Shown here piece after piece: positions 1 to 10,185 of a stretch of 45,286 nucleotides of DNA. Both the position numbers and the translations under genes were made by a program. Position 1 is the stretch's first letter. Each line of letters begins with the position of its first letter. Below the pieces are notes generated by a model that saw nothing but the letters and a program-made list of their open reading frames with translations, was not told the origin of the DNA and ran no database searches. This stretch comes from Spirochaetota bacterium. Lineage in GTDB: Bacteria > Spirochaetota > JAGLSM01. Location of the stretch: contig DAOWBH010000002.1 in assembly GCA_030634165.1 (NCBI GenBank), positions 1-45,286 on the forward strand. Direction: 5' to 3'.

Positions 1-279
1 CAAAATACATTAAGTGATTCTGACAACATGACTGAAGAAACAACACAGGATCAGATCATTCAACAAAATATGTTAAGTGATTCTGACAACATGACTGAAG
101 AAACAATACAGGACCAGATCATTCAACAAGATACCTTAAGTGATTCTGACAACATGACTGAAGAAACAACACAGGATCAGATCATTCAACAAAATATGTT
201 AAGTGATTCTGACAACATGACTGAAGAAACAATACAGGATCAGATCATTAATCAAGATATCTTAAATGATTCTGACAAC
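1..279 (+). repeat. In-frame 63-nt tandem repeat array: 4 full units plus a partial unit at the window edge
   Basis: Units at 28-90, 91-153, 154-216 and 217-279 all begin ATGACTGAAGAAACA. Units 28-90 and 154-216 are identical. Units 2 and 4 share the ACAATA and CAAGAT variants. Bases 1-27 are the tail of a further unit. Confidence 0.95.
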
Positions 280-852
280 ATGGTAGAAAAAAAATCTCTT
301 GAATCTAAATCAGACAATAAGCCGAATGTTCGACGGGTTATGGTTTTTATTTTTGGTTTGATGCTTATTGCCGGAGTAATAATATTAATCTTTAATTTTA
401 TTAAAGGCGGGAGTTCTTCGCATAAGGCAACCTTATTTTTTTCTGATTATACATATTCAAAACTTATTCCTGTTAAAAAAGAAATAAAAAATGAAGAAAA
501 TCGTGAAAAAAAATTAAAAATAATTATAAATGAGCTTGTAAACGGTCCGGTATCAAATAAAACGCTGCCGACTATACCGTCGAATGTCCGTGTTCTTTCA
601 ACCTGGCTTTCGGATGATGTAGCATATATAAATTTTAACAGGTACATATATCTTAATCTGCCGGATAATGCTATGTCAGAAATTATGGCAGTATACTCTG
701 TGGTTAATTCAGTTATTAAAAATATTAAGGGAGTCAGGAGGGTCCAGATTCTTGTTGAAAATGTTCCAATAAAAACATTAAAAGGCTTGACAAGGATTAT
801 TACTCCGTTATTATACCGCAGTGATTTAGTTAAAAATTATAAAGGTGATTAA
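1..852 (+). CDS. Membrane-anchored GerMN-domain protein with an N-terminal 21-aa acidic repeat region; 5' end probably outside the window
   Basis: The frame is open from base 1 (QNTLSDSDN precedes the first ATG at 28). Repeats MTEET(T/I)QDQII.Q..L.DSDN are followed by a TM helix (VMVFIFGLMLIAGVIILIFNFI). The C-terminus reads LFF..(L)IPV...ELVNGP...IPS...AYINF...SEIMAVYSVVNSV...VQILVE, which is typical of GerMN. Confidence 0.7.
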   Translation, partial: QNTLSDSDNMTEETTQDQIIQQNMLSDSDNMTEETIQDQIIQQDTLSDSDNMTEETTQDQIIQQNMLSDSDNMTEETIQDQIINQDILNDSDNMVEKKSLESKSDNKPNVRRVMVFIFGLMLIAGVIILIFNFIKGGSSSHKATLFFSDYTYSKLIPVKKEIKNEENREKKLKIIINELVNGPVSNKTLPTIPSNVRVLSTWLSDDVAYINFNRYIYLNLPDNAMSEIMAVYSVVNSVIKNIKGVRRVQILVENVPIKTLKGLTRIITPLLYRSDLVKNYKGD

Positions 853-935
853 ACAGATAAAAAAACTTAAGTTTTCAACTTTTAATGACGATTCTTTAAA
901 TAGTTTTTATTAATCATTTTGTTTGATCATTTTTA

Positions 936-964
936 TTGACAAATTTTTAAAAAAGAGCTAAAAT
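936..964 (+). promoter_or_regulatory. Sigma-70-type promoter for flaA: TTGACA-N17-TAAAAT
   Basis: TTGACA at 936-941, a 17-nt spacer, then TAAAAT at 959-964, about 40 nt upstream of the flaA ATG. An AGGAG Shine-Dalgarno sits at 993-997. Confidence 0.6.
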
Positions 965-1003
965 GGCTTAGAAAAGAACCTTATAATTCGAAAGGAGTCG
1001 AGC

Positions 1004-2065
1004 ATGAGAAAAGCGGCTTTATTAGCAGGAGTGATATGTATTATCTTTTTGGTTGCGTCCTACACACTTGCTCAAGGAACAACTACAACTACAACAACAA
1101 CCGGTGGAGGAAGGCTAGTAGCTAACAAAGCGTTTTTGCTTGATTTTGGTTCTTACCAGAAACTGGTTTCCGCGCAGGTAAAAAAGAATAACGATCAGGT
1201 TAATGAAAGAATGAAGAATCGGAAAACCTATTATACAGGTCTTCCAATTGAGAAATTTAAGATGGAAGCTTCTGACTGGCAGTTGGATAAATGGGGTATT
1301 GAGCTCAATTCTTCTGCATCAAGTGTTCTCAATATTATTAATTCTTATGTAACAAATGTAAAAAGTAAATTTTGGGCAGACCGTCACAAAAAATACTATG
1401 GCGGACAGAAGATTGGCGGATATAACGCGGATTCAAGCTCTGATGTACTCGGCGCAAGAATTCACTTTCCTACCCTCAGACAGAACTGCTGGGCAAAGAT
1501 TAAACCGCCTTTTGATATCTATGCTTATGATGAACAGGGTAATGTTGCCAATGCTTATAATGGTGTTGTTGACAATGTAGGTCAGATAAAAGCAATATCA
1601 GTATGGATCAAGGGTAGAAACTATCAGAATGGTTTTGCCGTACGGCTTAAGAACCGTCTTGGAAATGAAATAGAATACTATCTTGGAAGTCTGTACTTCG
1701 ATAACTGGAGAGAGCTGACATGGCTTAATCCAAACTATATTGAAAACCCGAAAGACAGAACTCTTATCAGGCTGCCTCTTTATCCAAGAAGCCGTCCTTT
1801 TGTTAAGTTTTCATGTTTTGTTGTATACCGACAGATGGATATGCCGGGAGGAGACTTTGTTCTCTATGTACGTAACGTAAGACTCACCTACGATAAGGCA
1901 GTTGCTGATGATGCCGGTGATGACATCAATGACGAAAAAGTATGGGGTATCCTAGCTAAAGCGAGACAGAAAGCAAAGGTAATAGAGCTTTCCAAACTTG
2001 CTGAGAGAAAAGTTCTTCTACAGCAGGAAAGAGCTAAACTTAAAAAGACAAAAACTACTCAATAA
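1004..2065 (+). CDS. flaA: Flagellar filament outer layer (sheath) protein FlaA
   Basis: Sec signal peptide (MRKAALLAGVICIIFLVASYTLA-QG). FlaA-like blocks are present: LNSSA, HFPT...AKIKPPF, VDNVGQIKAISVW, YFDNWRELTWLNPNYI, LTYDKAV and WGILAKA. The length, about 350 aa, fits spirochaete FlaA. Confidence 0.85.
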   Translation: MRKAALLAGVICIIFLVASYTLAQGTTTTTTTTGGGRLVANKAFLLDFGSYQKLVSAQVKKNNDQVNERMKNRKTYYTGLPIEKFKMEASDWQLDKWGIELNSSASSVLNIINSYVTNVKSKFWADRHKKYYGGQKIGGYNADSSSDVLGARIHFPTLRQNCWAKIKPPFDIYAYDEQGNVANAYNGVVDNVGQIKAISVWIKGRNYQNGFAVRLKNRLGNEIEYYLGSLYFDNWRELTWLNPNYIENPKDRTLIRLPLYPRSRPFVKFSCFVVYRQMDMPGGDFVLYVRNVRLTYDKAVADDAGDDINDEKVWGILAKARQKAKVIELSKLAERKVLLQQERAKLKKTKTTQ

Positions 2066-2080
2066 ATAGTATGTTTTAGA

Positions 2081-2113
2081 AAAAAAGGCGCGGCTTAAAG
2101 CGGCGCCTTTTTT
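2081..2113 (+). terminator. Rho-independent terminator after flaA
   Basis: An A6 run, the stem GGCGCGGC / GCGGCGCC (7 bp plus one mismatch, 5-nt loop) and a T6 run. Confidence 0.75.
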
Positions 2114-2192
2114 AATTAATCTGTGAAATTATAATTTAATTTTTTTTTATAATCTTTGTAAGCAATTTTTAATAACAAAGATTGCAAAAATC

Positions 2193-2221
2193 TTGACTTT
2201 GTAAAAATGCATTATTAATAT
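2193..2221 (+). promoter_or_regulatory. Candidate sigma-70 promoter for tRNA-Phe: TTGACT-N17-TAATAT
   Basis: TTGACT at 2193-2198 and TAATAT at 2216-2221. The tRNA begins at 2233. Confidence 0.5.
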
Positions 2222-2232
2222 AATCAAACCTT

Positions 2233-2305
<73 letters not shown>

Positions 2306-2313
2306 TAAAAAAA

Positions 2314-2350
2314 ATATCGGAGGTCAGTCTGACTTTCGATATTTTTTTTT
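2314..2350 (+). terminator. Strong hairpin plus T9 run directly after tRNA-Phe
   Basis: ATATCGGAGGTC / GACTTTCGATAT forms a stem of about 12 bp including G-U pairs, followed by TTTTTTTTT. Confidence 0.7.
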
Positions 2351-2364
2351 ATTTTGATTCAAAT

Positions 2365-2438
2365 GCCCACTTAGCTCAGTCCGGTAGAGCAACGCATTCG
2401 TAATGCGTTGGCCGCCAGTTCAATTCTGGCAGTGGGCT
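2365..2438 (+). tRNA. tRNA-Thr (CGT)
   Basis: Acceptor GCCCACT/AGTGGGC, D-arm GCTCAGTCCGGTAGAGC, anticodon stem ACGCA/TGCGT with loop TTCGTAA, T-arm GCCAGTTCAATTCTGGC. Confidence 0.93.
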
Positions 2439-2476
2439 TTTTATATTTTTAATTTCTTAAAAGGTTGTATTTTTTA

Positions 2477-2505
2477 TTGATTCTAAAGATGCAATTTATT
2501 AAAAT
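2477..2505 (+). promoter_or_regulatory. Sigma-70-type promoter for groEL: TTGATT-N17-TAAAAT
   Basis: TTGATT at 2477-2482, a 17-nt spacer, then TAAAAT at 2500-2505. The palindrome GTAAACA-AA-TGTTTAC at 2511-2526 lies in the +1/operator position. Confidence 0.55.
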
Positions 2506-2565
2506 TTAGCGTAAACAAATGTTTACTATTTTGTAAAAAAAATTCTAATATTTTCCGTGAGGTGA

Positions 2566-4227
<1,662 letters not shown>

Positions 4228-4241
4228 AACTATATATTAAG

Positions 4242-4278
4242 AAAAAAAGAACCGCCTTTAAGAGGCGGTTCTTTTTTT
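4242..4278. terminator. Bidirectional rho-independent terminator between convergent groEL and the cNMP-binding gene
   Basis: An A7 run, the stem GAACCGCCT (4249-4257) / AGGCGGTTC (4263-4271) with a 5-nt loop, and a T7 run. Confidence 0.85.
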
Positions 4279-4322
4279 ATGCAGGCAAAATTTATTAGGC
4301 TCTTTTTATCAGTAAAGATCCT

Positions 4323-5552
4323 TTAGTATTTATGGGAGTCTTCTCTTTGTCTTTCAAGACGTGTCATTTTTCGATAGTAGGAAACCTGTTTGGCAAGTTC
4401 CTCAAGGTCGGATATTAATATTTTGTTTTCAACCAGTTTGAATTTTTTATTTTCAAAAAGGTTTCTAATATATATTCTTCCTTTATCTTCAGGAAGACCA
4501 ACCATGGTAATTAATTCCTTTGTCCCGAATTGAAATGTATAGCTCGCGTTTTTATCAACCTTTATCCTGTTTTTTTCAACTTGAGTTAAAAGTACATCGT
4601 AAAGTTTACCTAACGGATCACTGATCAGGATAGTTGAGAGCTGTCTGTAAGAAGTCCATATCCTTTCAGAAAGAAGTGTTATAATTTTTGTGGCAAGCTG
4701 CGGCTGGCTTGTTACCATGTTCTGGAAGTTGTCTCTATTGATTGCAAGCATGACCGATTCGCCAAAAGATATACCGGAAGCAGAACGGGGTTTATTTTCC
4801 AGAATTGCCATTTCTCCAAAGATGTCTCCGGGTTCCAGGACGGCAAGCATTATTTCATTGTTGTCTACAATTTTTGTTATTTTTACCTTACCCTGCTGTA
4901 GTATGTAAAGTTCATCGCCTAATTCGTGTTCAAGAAAAATTACTCCATTGTCAGGATAAGACCTTGAAAAACCTTCCGTCTGAACAGGCGGTGAGCTCTG
5001 AACGTATTGGGCAAGTTCTGAAATTCTCTGTCTTGCTTGCGGTAAATTTGATCCTGTTGGATTATATTGTATATACTTGTTAAATGCGTGAGATGCAATC
5101 AGGTAAAGTCTTTGGCCAAAATAGAATTCTCCCAATTGAAACAGATAGGATGGGTTTTCTTCTACGGCGTTTTTAAATGACATTCGTGTAACAGCAGAAT
5201 CAAAATATCTGAGTTTTCTTGAAAATGAACGGATTATCTTGAGAGCAATAGGCGCGTTTTTTTGGATTAATACGCCGAATTGGTCTTTTTTTATTACTAT
5301 AACTGTTACATCAGTCAATGCAATTGCAGATTCAATTCTTGGATGTCCGCTCATGGTAGAAACCACACCAAAAAAATCTCCAGGATTCAGGACATTTCCG
5401 GCTTCATCTTCAACTATTTCATCTTCTTTCTGAATCTGTACTTTTCCGGATCTTATAATATAGAATTCGTTGCTGTCCAGCTTCCCTTCAACAATTATAA
5501 AGGAACCCTTTTTAAACTGGGCCATTGAAAGTTGTACAGAGTCTTGCTGCAT
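4323..5552 (-). CDS. Protein with two cyclic-nucleotide-binding domains and a C-terminal winged-helix-like region (Crp/Fnr-like architecture)
   Basis: Two cNMP-binding signatures are present: GDFFGVVSTMSGHPRIESAIA and GDIFGEMAILENKPRSASGISF. The C-terminal segment FGTKELITMVGLPEDKGRIYIRNLFENKKFKLVENKILISD resembles a Crp-type HTH. A GGAG lies 6 nt before the ATG. Confidence 0.75.
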   Translation of the reverse strand: MQQDSVQLSMAQFKKGSFIIVEGKLDSNEFYIIRSGKVQIQKEDEIVEDEAGNVLNPGDFFGVVSTMSGHPRIESAIALTDVTVIVIKKDQFGVLIQKNAPIALKIIRSFSRKLRYFDSAVTRMSFKNAVEENPSYLFQLGEFYFGQRLYLIASHAFNKYIQYNPTGSNLPQARQRISELAQYVQSSPPVQTEGFSRSYPDNGVIFLEHELGDELYILQQGKVKITKIVDNNEIMLAVLEPGDIFGEMAILENKPRSASGISFGESVMLAINRDNFQNMVTSQPQLATKIITLLSERIWTSYRQLSTILISDPLGKLYDVLLTQVEKNRIKVDKNASYTFQFGTKELITMVGLPEDKGRIYIRNLFENKKFKLVENKILISDLEELAKQVSYYRKMTRLERQREDSHKY

Positions 5553-5899
5553 GTCTTACTCCATAAAGTATATTAGAACCGCTTTCAATAATCGGCTCAG
5601 TAACTATTTTATTCCTAATTTTATATCAGCCATTCTAATATAGAGTGGATTATTTTGCAATGAAAAAAGCTCTTTTTTATTTAAAACAGCTATTTTTACT
5701 TCATTTCATACGTTATTGTTCTCTTTTATTATTTATAACCTCATAAATCAATGTTTTAGATTAAAAATTATAGATTTTCTCTTTAGAAAAGCCTTTAATA
5801 ATGTAGTTGTACCGTAGAGCGCGTCAAAACCTCTGTTAAAAAGATGTTGTTATTCCACGGGATCTTGACTATTTTTATGTGATTTGATAGGAGAAATTT

Positions 5900-7276
5900 T
5901 TGGATTTAAAAGTGCGGATAAATGAGGTTTTTACCGACTTAGGCAGACCTAGTGATATATTTACAATTCTTGATAAATTAAATCAGAAATATGAAGAAAA
6001 AACCGACAAGAAAAAACTTATAGATATTCTTGAAAATGATTATGAGTTTTTTGAAGCAGAAAACGGAATTTTTTATAAAACTAATACAGTTCTAAATGGA
6101 CTTGTTTTTTTTACACTGCCGGATGGAGAAGATTTGAAATTCGGAAGGCTTTCAGTTGTTGGAGGGGAGCTGATGTTTATGCTCCAGCCTGCTCTGAGGA
6201 AGGGTGAAGTTACATTCAAAACTGATCATGGGGAGTTTAAGTCTTATTTCAAGGTTGATGACAACGATTTCTTTTATTTCAATAACCTCGATGACTGGTA
6301 TAAAAAAGAAAATATTAAGCTGGGAAAACATGTCATTTATATTACGATTGATGATTATATGGGTCCTGTATACAAACTCTCAAAAATTTCTGAAAAGCAA
6401 TTTAACGATTTTATGGACTCAAGTATTCCTGATGAGATATGCGATGAAATAATTGATGTTGTAACAAATATGCCGAACCGTCTTGTTGGAGAGGTCGAAG
6501 AAAAAATATCCTCTGCGAATATTTTAAAACTAATGCTTCACGATAAGAAATTTGATTTTACTTCTTATCCGGCCAATATATCGTTTTATATGTCTCTGGA
6601 TCACCGGTTCTCAATGCTTGGCAATTCATTTGCTGTTGATGAAGAAGCTCAATATGATGACGAATTTGCTAAATACTATATCGGGGATGAGAACGGTATA
6701 TATATGGATGAAGAAGATATTGAAAAACTTGATATAGCTTTGGCGGATCTTTTTGAGAATGACAAGATAAAGCAGGGGCAGAAAGTAATCAAGGAGCTTA
6801 AACTTAAGTATCCGGAAGAAAAAATGCTTAACAAGTTTTTATATCAGGCGGCGTATTTCCTTGAAGATGGAGAGACTATCATAAGATACGCTGATGAATA
6901 TAGAAAAGCTTTTCCTAATGACCCTGATCCTTACAGGACTAAAGCTGAAGTCTTTCTTCAGTACGGTGATTTTGATATGGCTGACAAGAACCTGGAGAAA
7001 GCTTTTAAACTTGTACATCCTGAAGACAAGCTTTTCAAGTCTGAGCTGTACACGGTAGGTATGTATATTAAATGGGAAAACAGGGAAGATGAAAATGCCT
7101 TCGCAATGGCTATACAGGCTATTGAGGAAAATGAGGACAATGAAGAGGCCGAGATGTTTCTTATGGAACATGGCAAAATGCCTAAAAAGAATAAACCTGT
7201 TGCAAAACTGAAAAACATTGGGAAGAAGAGCAGTAATATAATTCCTGTTGATTTTAAAAGAGGTGACGGAGTATAG
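5900..7276 (+). CDS. Hypothetical protein with an acidic, TPR-like helical C-terminal region
   Basis: A 458-aa ORF with a TTG start 6 nt after AGGAG. I recognise no family. The C-terminus (YQAAYFLEDGE...YRTKAEVFLQYGDFDMADKNLEKAFKL) looks TPR-like. Confidence 0.6.
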   Translation: MDLKVRINEVFTDLGRPSDIFTILDKLNQKYEEKTDKKKLIDILENDYEFFEAENGIFYKTNTVLNGLVFFTLPDGEDLKFGRLSVVGGELMFMLQPALRKGEVTFKTDHGEFKSYFKVDDNDFFYFNNLDDWYKKENIKLGKHVIYITIDDYMGPVYKLSKISEKQFNDFMDSSIPDEICDEIIDVVTNMPNRLVGEVEEKISSANILKLMLHDKKFDFTSYPANISFYMSLDHRFSMLGNSFAVDEEAQYDDEFAKYYIGDENGIYMDEEDIEKLDIALADLFENDKIKQGQKVIKELKLKYPEEKMLNKFLYQAAYFLEDGETIIRYADEYRKAFPNDPDPYRTKAEVFLQYGDFDMADKNLEKAFKLVHPEDKLFKSELYTVGMYIKWENREDENAFAMAIQAIEENEDNEEAEMFLMEHGKMPKKNKPVAKLKNIGKKSSNIIPVDFKRGDGV

Positions 7277-7345
7277 ATACCGGTTAGTCAGGATATGAAG
7301 TTACCGGATAATACTCACTGATAAAATCCTCTCAAAGGATAAGAA

Positions 7346-9034
7346 ATGAAAAACAGCGTTTTTAGTACGTTTGACACAATGCCTATTGATAAAATAACAA
7401 AACAGGCAATAGAAAAAATGGGTTTTAATGAGCCTACTGAAATTCAAAAACTGGTGCTCCCGGAAGCTGTAAAAAGCACAGATATACTTGGGCAGGCTCA
7501 GACAGGAACAGGAAAGACACTTGCATTCGGAATACCCATAATAGAAAAAATCAATAAAAAAAGAGGTTTGGTTCAGGCTATCATCCTTACACCGACAAGG
7601 GAACTTGCTCTTCAGGTAAGCAAGGAGCTGGAAAGACTGGCTTATGGAAGCGGAATTAAAATCGTTTCAATTTATGGCGGAGTTCCTAAAGAATCGCAGT
7701 CAAAGGCGCTTGCAGACGGTGCACAAATTGTGGTAGGTACTCCGGGACGGGTGCTTGATCTTATTAAACAGAAAATATTGAACCTGAATGAGGTCTCGGT
7801 AGCTGTTCTGGATGAGGCTGACAGAATGCTTGATATGGGATTCTATGATGATGTGACATCCATACTCAATAAATGTTCAAAACACAGACAGACCATGTTT
7901 TTTTCTGCTACAATTCCGTCTAACATTCAGAATCTTGGACGCAGATATTTAAAACGGCCTGTTATTATTTCAACATCAGATGATAATGTACTGACCGATA
8001 CAACTGAGCATGTCTTTTATGAGGTATTGGATAATAGAAGACTCACGGCGCTATGCGATGTTATAGATATGGAGAGTATAAACATCGGAATAGTTTTTTG
8101 TAAAACAAAGTTTGAAGTTGACAAGGTCAATAAAGAGCTCCGAAGGCTGGGATATAATGTATCCTGTCTTCATGGAGATTTAACTCAGGGTATGAGAGAA
8201 AAGGTAATGAAGCAGTACAGGGGCGGATCTATTGATTTATTGATTGCGACAGATATTGCCGCGCGGGGAATTGATGTAGTCGGATTATCTCATGTGATAA
8301 ACTACCGGATTCCATCGGATGCTGAGAGTTTTGTCCATAGAACCGGAAGAACAGGCCGGGCCGGAGCCGCAGGAAAGAGCATATCATTTGTATCTCCGGG
8401 AGAATATTTTGATTTGCTGAAAATCCAGGAAGAGAATTCTGTCTCAATCAAGGCATTAAAACTGCCGGAGGCCGGAGAAGTGTTGAAAAGGAGAGTGTCA
8501 AAGATGATTGATGAAATTAAAAAGAATCTTTATAAGGAAGATATTGAACAGGTTTATAAAGAGATAAAAAAGAAAATTCCTATAAACAAAAGGGGCAAGG
8601 CGCTTGCCTATGTTCTTAAAAAGTATATTGAAAGCGGTCAGCGTTTTTTAGGTACTGAGAATAAAAAGAGTAGTGATTCACCCGAAGAAATGAAAATATT
8701 CATGAATGTAGGTAAGCTGATGGGTGCTGATCCGGGGAACTTAAAGGCTTTTATTCTGAAAAATGTAAAAATTAGCGACAAGGATATTAAGAGAATTAAT
8801 ATTCACGATAGATTTTCATTTATTAATACAAATAAGCAATCCGGTGAAAAAATCATAAAACATATACAAAAAAAGACTTTTAATAACAAATATTCAGTAA
8901 TGGCTGAATTGTCTAGGGAAAAGCCGCAAAGACGCGGTTATACCAATAGAGGGGCTAATTCAGGAAGCAGGAATGTGCCCAGAGAATCTTCTGCAGGTTA
9001 TAAATCACGTTCTACAAAAAATAAAGAGAATTAA
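7346..9034 (+). CDS. DEAD-box ATP-dependent RNA helicase with a DbpA-type C-terminal RNA-binding domain and a basic tail
   Basis: Q-motif (F...EPTEIQ), AQTGTGKT, PTRELA, VLDEADRMLDMGF, SAT and HRTGRTGRAG are all present. The C-terminus (MKIFMNVGK...DIKRINIHDRFSFINT) is DbpA-like. Confidence 0.93.
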   Translation: MKNSVFSTFDTMPIDKITKQAIEKMGFNEPTEIQKLVLPEAVKSTDILGQAQTGTGKTLAFGIPIIEKINKKRGLVQAIILTPTRELALQVSKELERLAYGSGIKIVSIYGGVPKESQSKALADGAQIVVGTPGRVLDLIKQKILNLNEVSVAVLDEADRMLDMGFYDDVTSILNKCSKHRQTMFFSATIPSNIQNLGRRYLKRPVIISTSDDNVLTDTTEHVFYEVLDNRRLTALCDVIDMESINIGIVFCKTKFEVDKVNKELRRLGYNVSCLHGDLTQGMREKVMKQYRGGSIDLLIATDIAARGIDVVGLSHVINYRIPSDAESFVHRTGRTGRAGAAGKSISFVSPGEYFDLLKIQEENSVSIKALKLPEAGEVLKRRVSKMIDEIKKNLYKEDIEQVYKEIKKKIPINKRGKALAYVLKKYIESGQRFLGTENKKSSDSPEEMKIFMNVGKLMGADPGNLKAFILKNVKISDKDIKRINIHDRFSFINTNKQSGEKIIKHIQKKTFNNKYSVMAELSREKPQRRGYTNRGANSGSRNVPRESSAGYKSRSTKNKEN

Positions 9035-9062
9035 ATTTTTTTAAAAAAAGATTAAAAAGAAC

Positions 9063-9091
9063 TTGACAAAAATTTGACTTTTTAGAATACT
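9063..9091 (+). promoter_or_regulatory. Candidate sigma-70 promoter of the flgB cluster: TTGACA-N17-AATACT
   Basis: A perfect -35 at 9063-9068 and a weaker -10 at 9086-9091. This would give a leader of about 190 nt before flgB. Confidence 0.4.
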
Positions 9092-9287
9092 ATATTAACG
9101 AAGTATAAATTTGTCTGTTTTACGGGAGAAGGGGACTTTTGTACTGCAGAAATTTTTGGTAGGATTGAAAGCGTTACGAAGTTAATTATTCAGTATTAGA
9201 AGTTTTTGGAAAGAAAAAGGTTAAGCCTCTTATTGGAATTCCGAAAATATAGACAAGAACCTGTATTTTCATATTAAGGGAGGGTTT

Positions 9288-9707
9288 ATGCTGGTTTCTT
9301 CCAATACTTTTGCCAAAACCCAGTTTTTACTGGAAAGAGGCATGGATGCGGCTTTTCTCCGCAGAGCGGTAATTGCCGATAATATTTCTAATATTGATAC
9401 TCCGCATTTTAAGCGTTCTGATGTTACTTTTGAAAGTCAGTTGAAAAGAGCCCTTAAAAGTGCTGATCACAGACCGTATCCGGCCAAGTTGACAGATAAG
9501 CGTCATATCCCCTTTTATATACCTATGGATTACAGGAAGGTCCGTGCGAAAATTCAGATTGAGCATGAGACCAACTATAGAAATGACAAGAATAATGTGG
9601 ATATTGAAAAAGAAATAATCGATTCCACAAAAAATGCTATGCGGTATACAGCAATGGCGCAGATGATAGACAAGAATTTTAAGAAAATTCGAATGATACT
9701 GCGTTAG
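9288..9707 (+). CDS. flgB: Flagellar basal-body rod protein FlgB
   Basis: The RRAVIADNISNIDTPHFKR motif, the size, and its position ahead of flgC. SD GGGAGGG. Confidence 0.92.
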   Translation: MLVSSNTFAKTQFLLERGMDAAFLRRAVIADNISNIDTPHFKRSDVTFESQLKRALKSADHRPYPAKLTDKRHIPFYIPMDYRKVRAKIQIEHETNYRNDKNNVDIEKEIIDSTKNAMRYTAMAQMIDKNFKKIRMILR

Positions 9708-9721
9708 AAAGGTGAAATCTT

Positions 9722-10180
9722 ATGTCAGGAATGTTTGCATCGTTAAATACAAGCGCGTCAGGGTTAACAGCTCAAAGAATGAGAATGGATGTTATTTCTA
9801 ATAACATTGCAAATGTCAACACGACACGTACTACAGCCGGCGGTCCTTTTCAGAGGAGCAGGGTAATCCTGCGTCCCCGCAATGACAAATTGAGGTTTAT
9901 TTCCCCAATTCTTCCGAATCGTCTTAAGACCGGAATCGGAGAAGGTGTCAATGTTGTAAAAGTAGCAAAGGATAACCGTAAACCGCGTCTTAAATACGAT
10001 CCATCTCATCCTGATGCTATAAAATTCGGTGATAAAAAGGGTTATGTACAAATGCCGAACGTTAATGTTGTTGAGGAAATGGTTGATCTTATTTCCGCAA
10101 CGAGGAGTTACGAGGCAAATATTACAATGATACAGGGTACAAAACAGATGTTCAATAAAGCTCTAGAGATTGGCAGGTAA
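9722..10180 (+). CDS. flgC: Flagellar basal-body rod protein FlgC
   Basis: N-terminal SGLTAQRMRMDVISNNIANVNTTRT and C-terminal VNVVEEMVDLISATRSYEAN. Confidence 0.95.
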   Translation: MSGMFASLNTSASGLTAQRMRMDVISNNIANVNTTRTTAGGPFQRSRVILRPRNDKLRFISPILPNRLKTGIGEGVNVVKVAKDNRKPRLKYDPSHPDAIKFGDKKGYVQMPNVNVVEEMVDLISATRSYEANITMIQGTKQMFNKALEIGR

Positions 10181-10185
10181 TTATA

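Noticed and set aside
2501-2530. CIRCE (HrcA operator) upstream of groEL
   Set aside because: Only TTAGC resembles the CIRCE left arm. The right arm GAGTGCTAA is absent, and the palindrome actually present (GTAAACA/TGTTTAC) is unrelated.
5660-5746. 28-codon hydrophobic mini-ORF (MKKALFYLKQLFLLHFIRYCSLLLFITS) in the 347-nt divergent spacer
   Set aside because: It has no Shine-Dalgarno sequence. AT-rich intergenic DNA generates such ORFs by chance, and there is no supporting signal.
9092-9287. Possible c-di-GMP (GEMM-I) or other riboswitch in the leader of about 190 nt before flgB, by analogy with Clostridioides difficile flgB
   Set aside because: I could not find the conserved GEMM-I features (paired hairpins with a GNRA tetraloop and receptor, ACGCAAAGC-like core) or any extended complementary helices. 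The long leader rests only on a moderately supported promoter call.
9375-9382. Exact GCCGATAA sigma-28 -10 box inside flgB
   Set aside because: It is produced by the conserved FlgB codons I-A-D-N (ATT GCC GAT AAT). It has no TAAA at the -35 spacing and lies within coding sequence.
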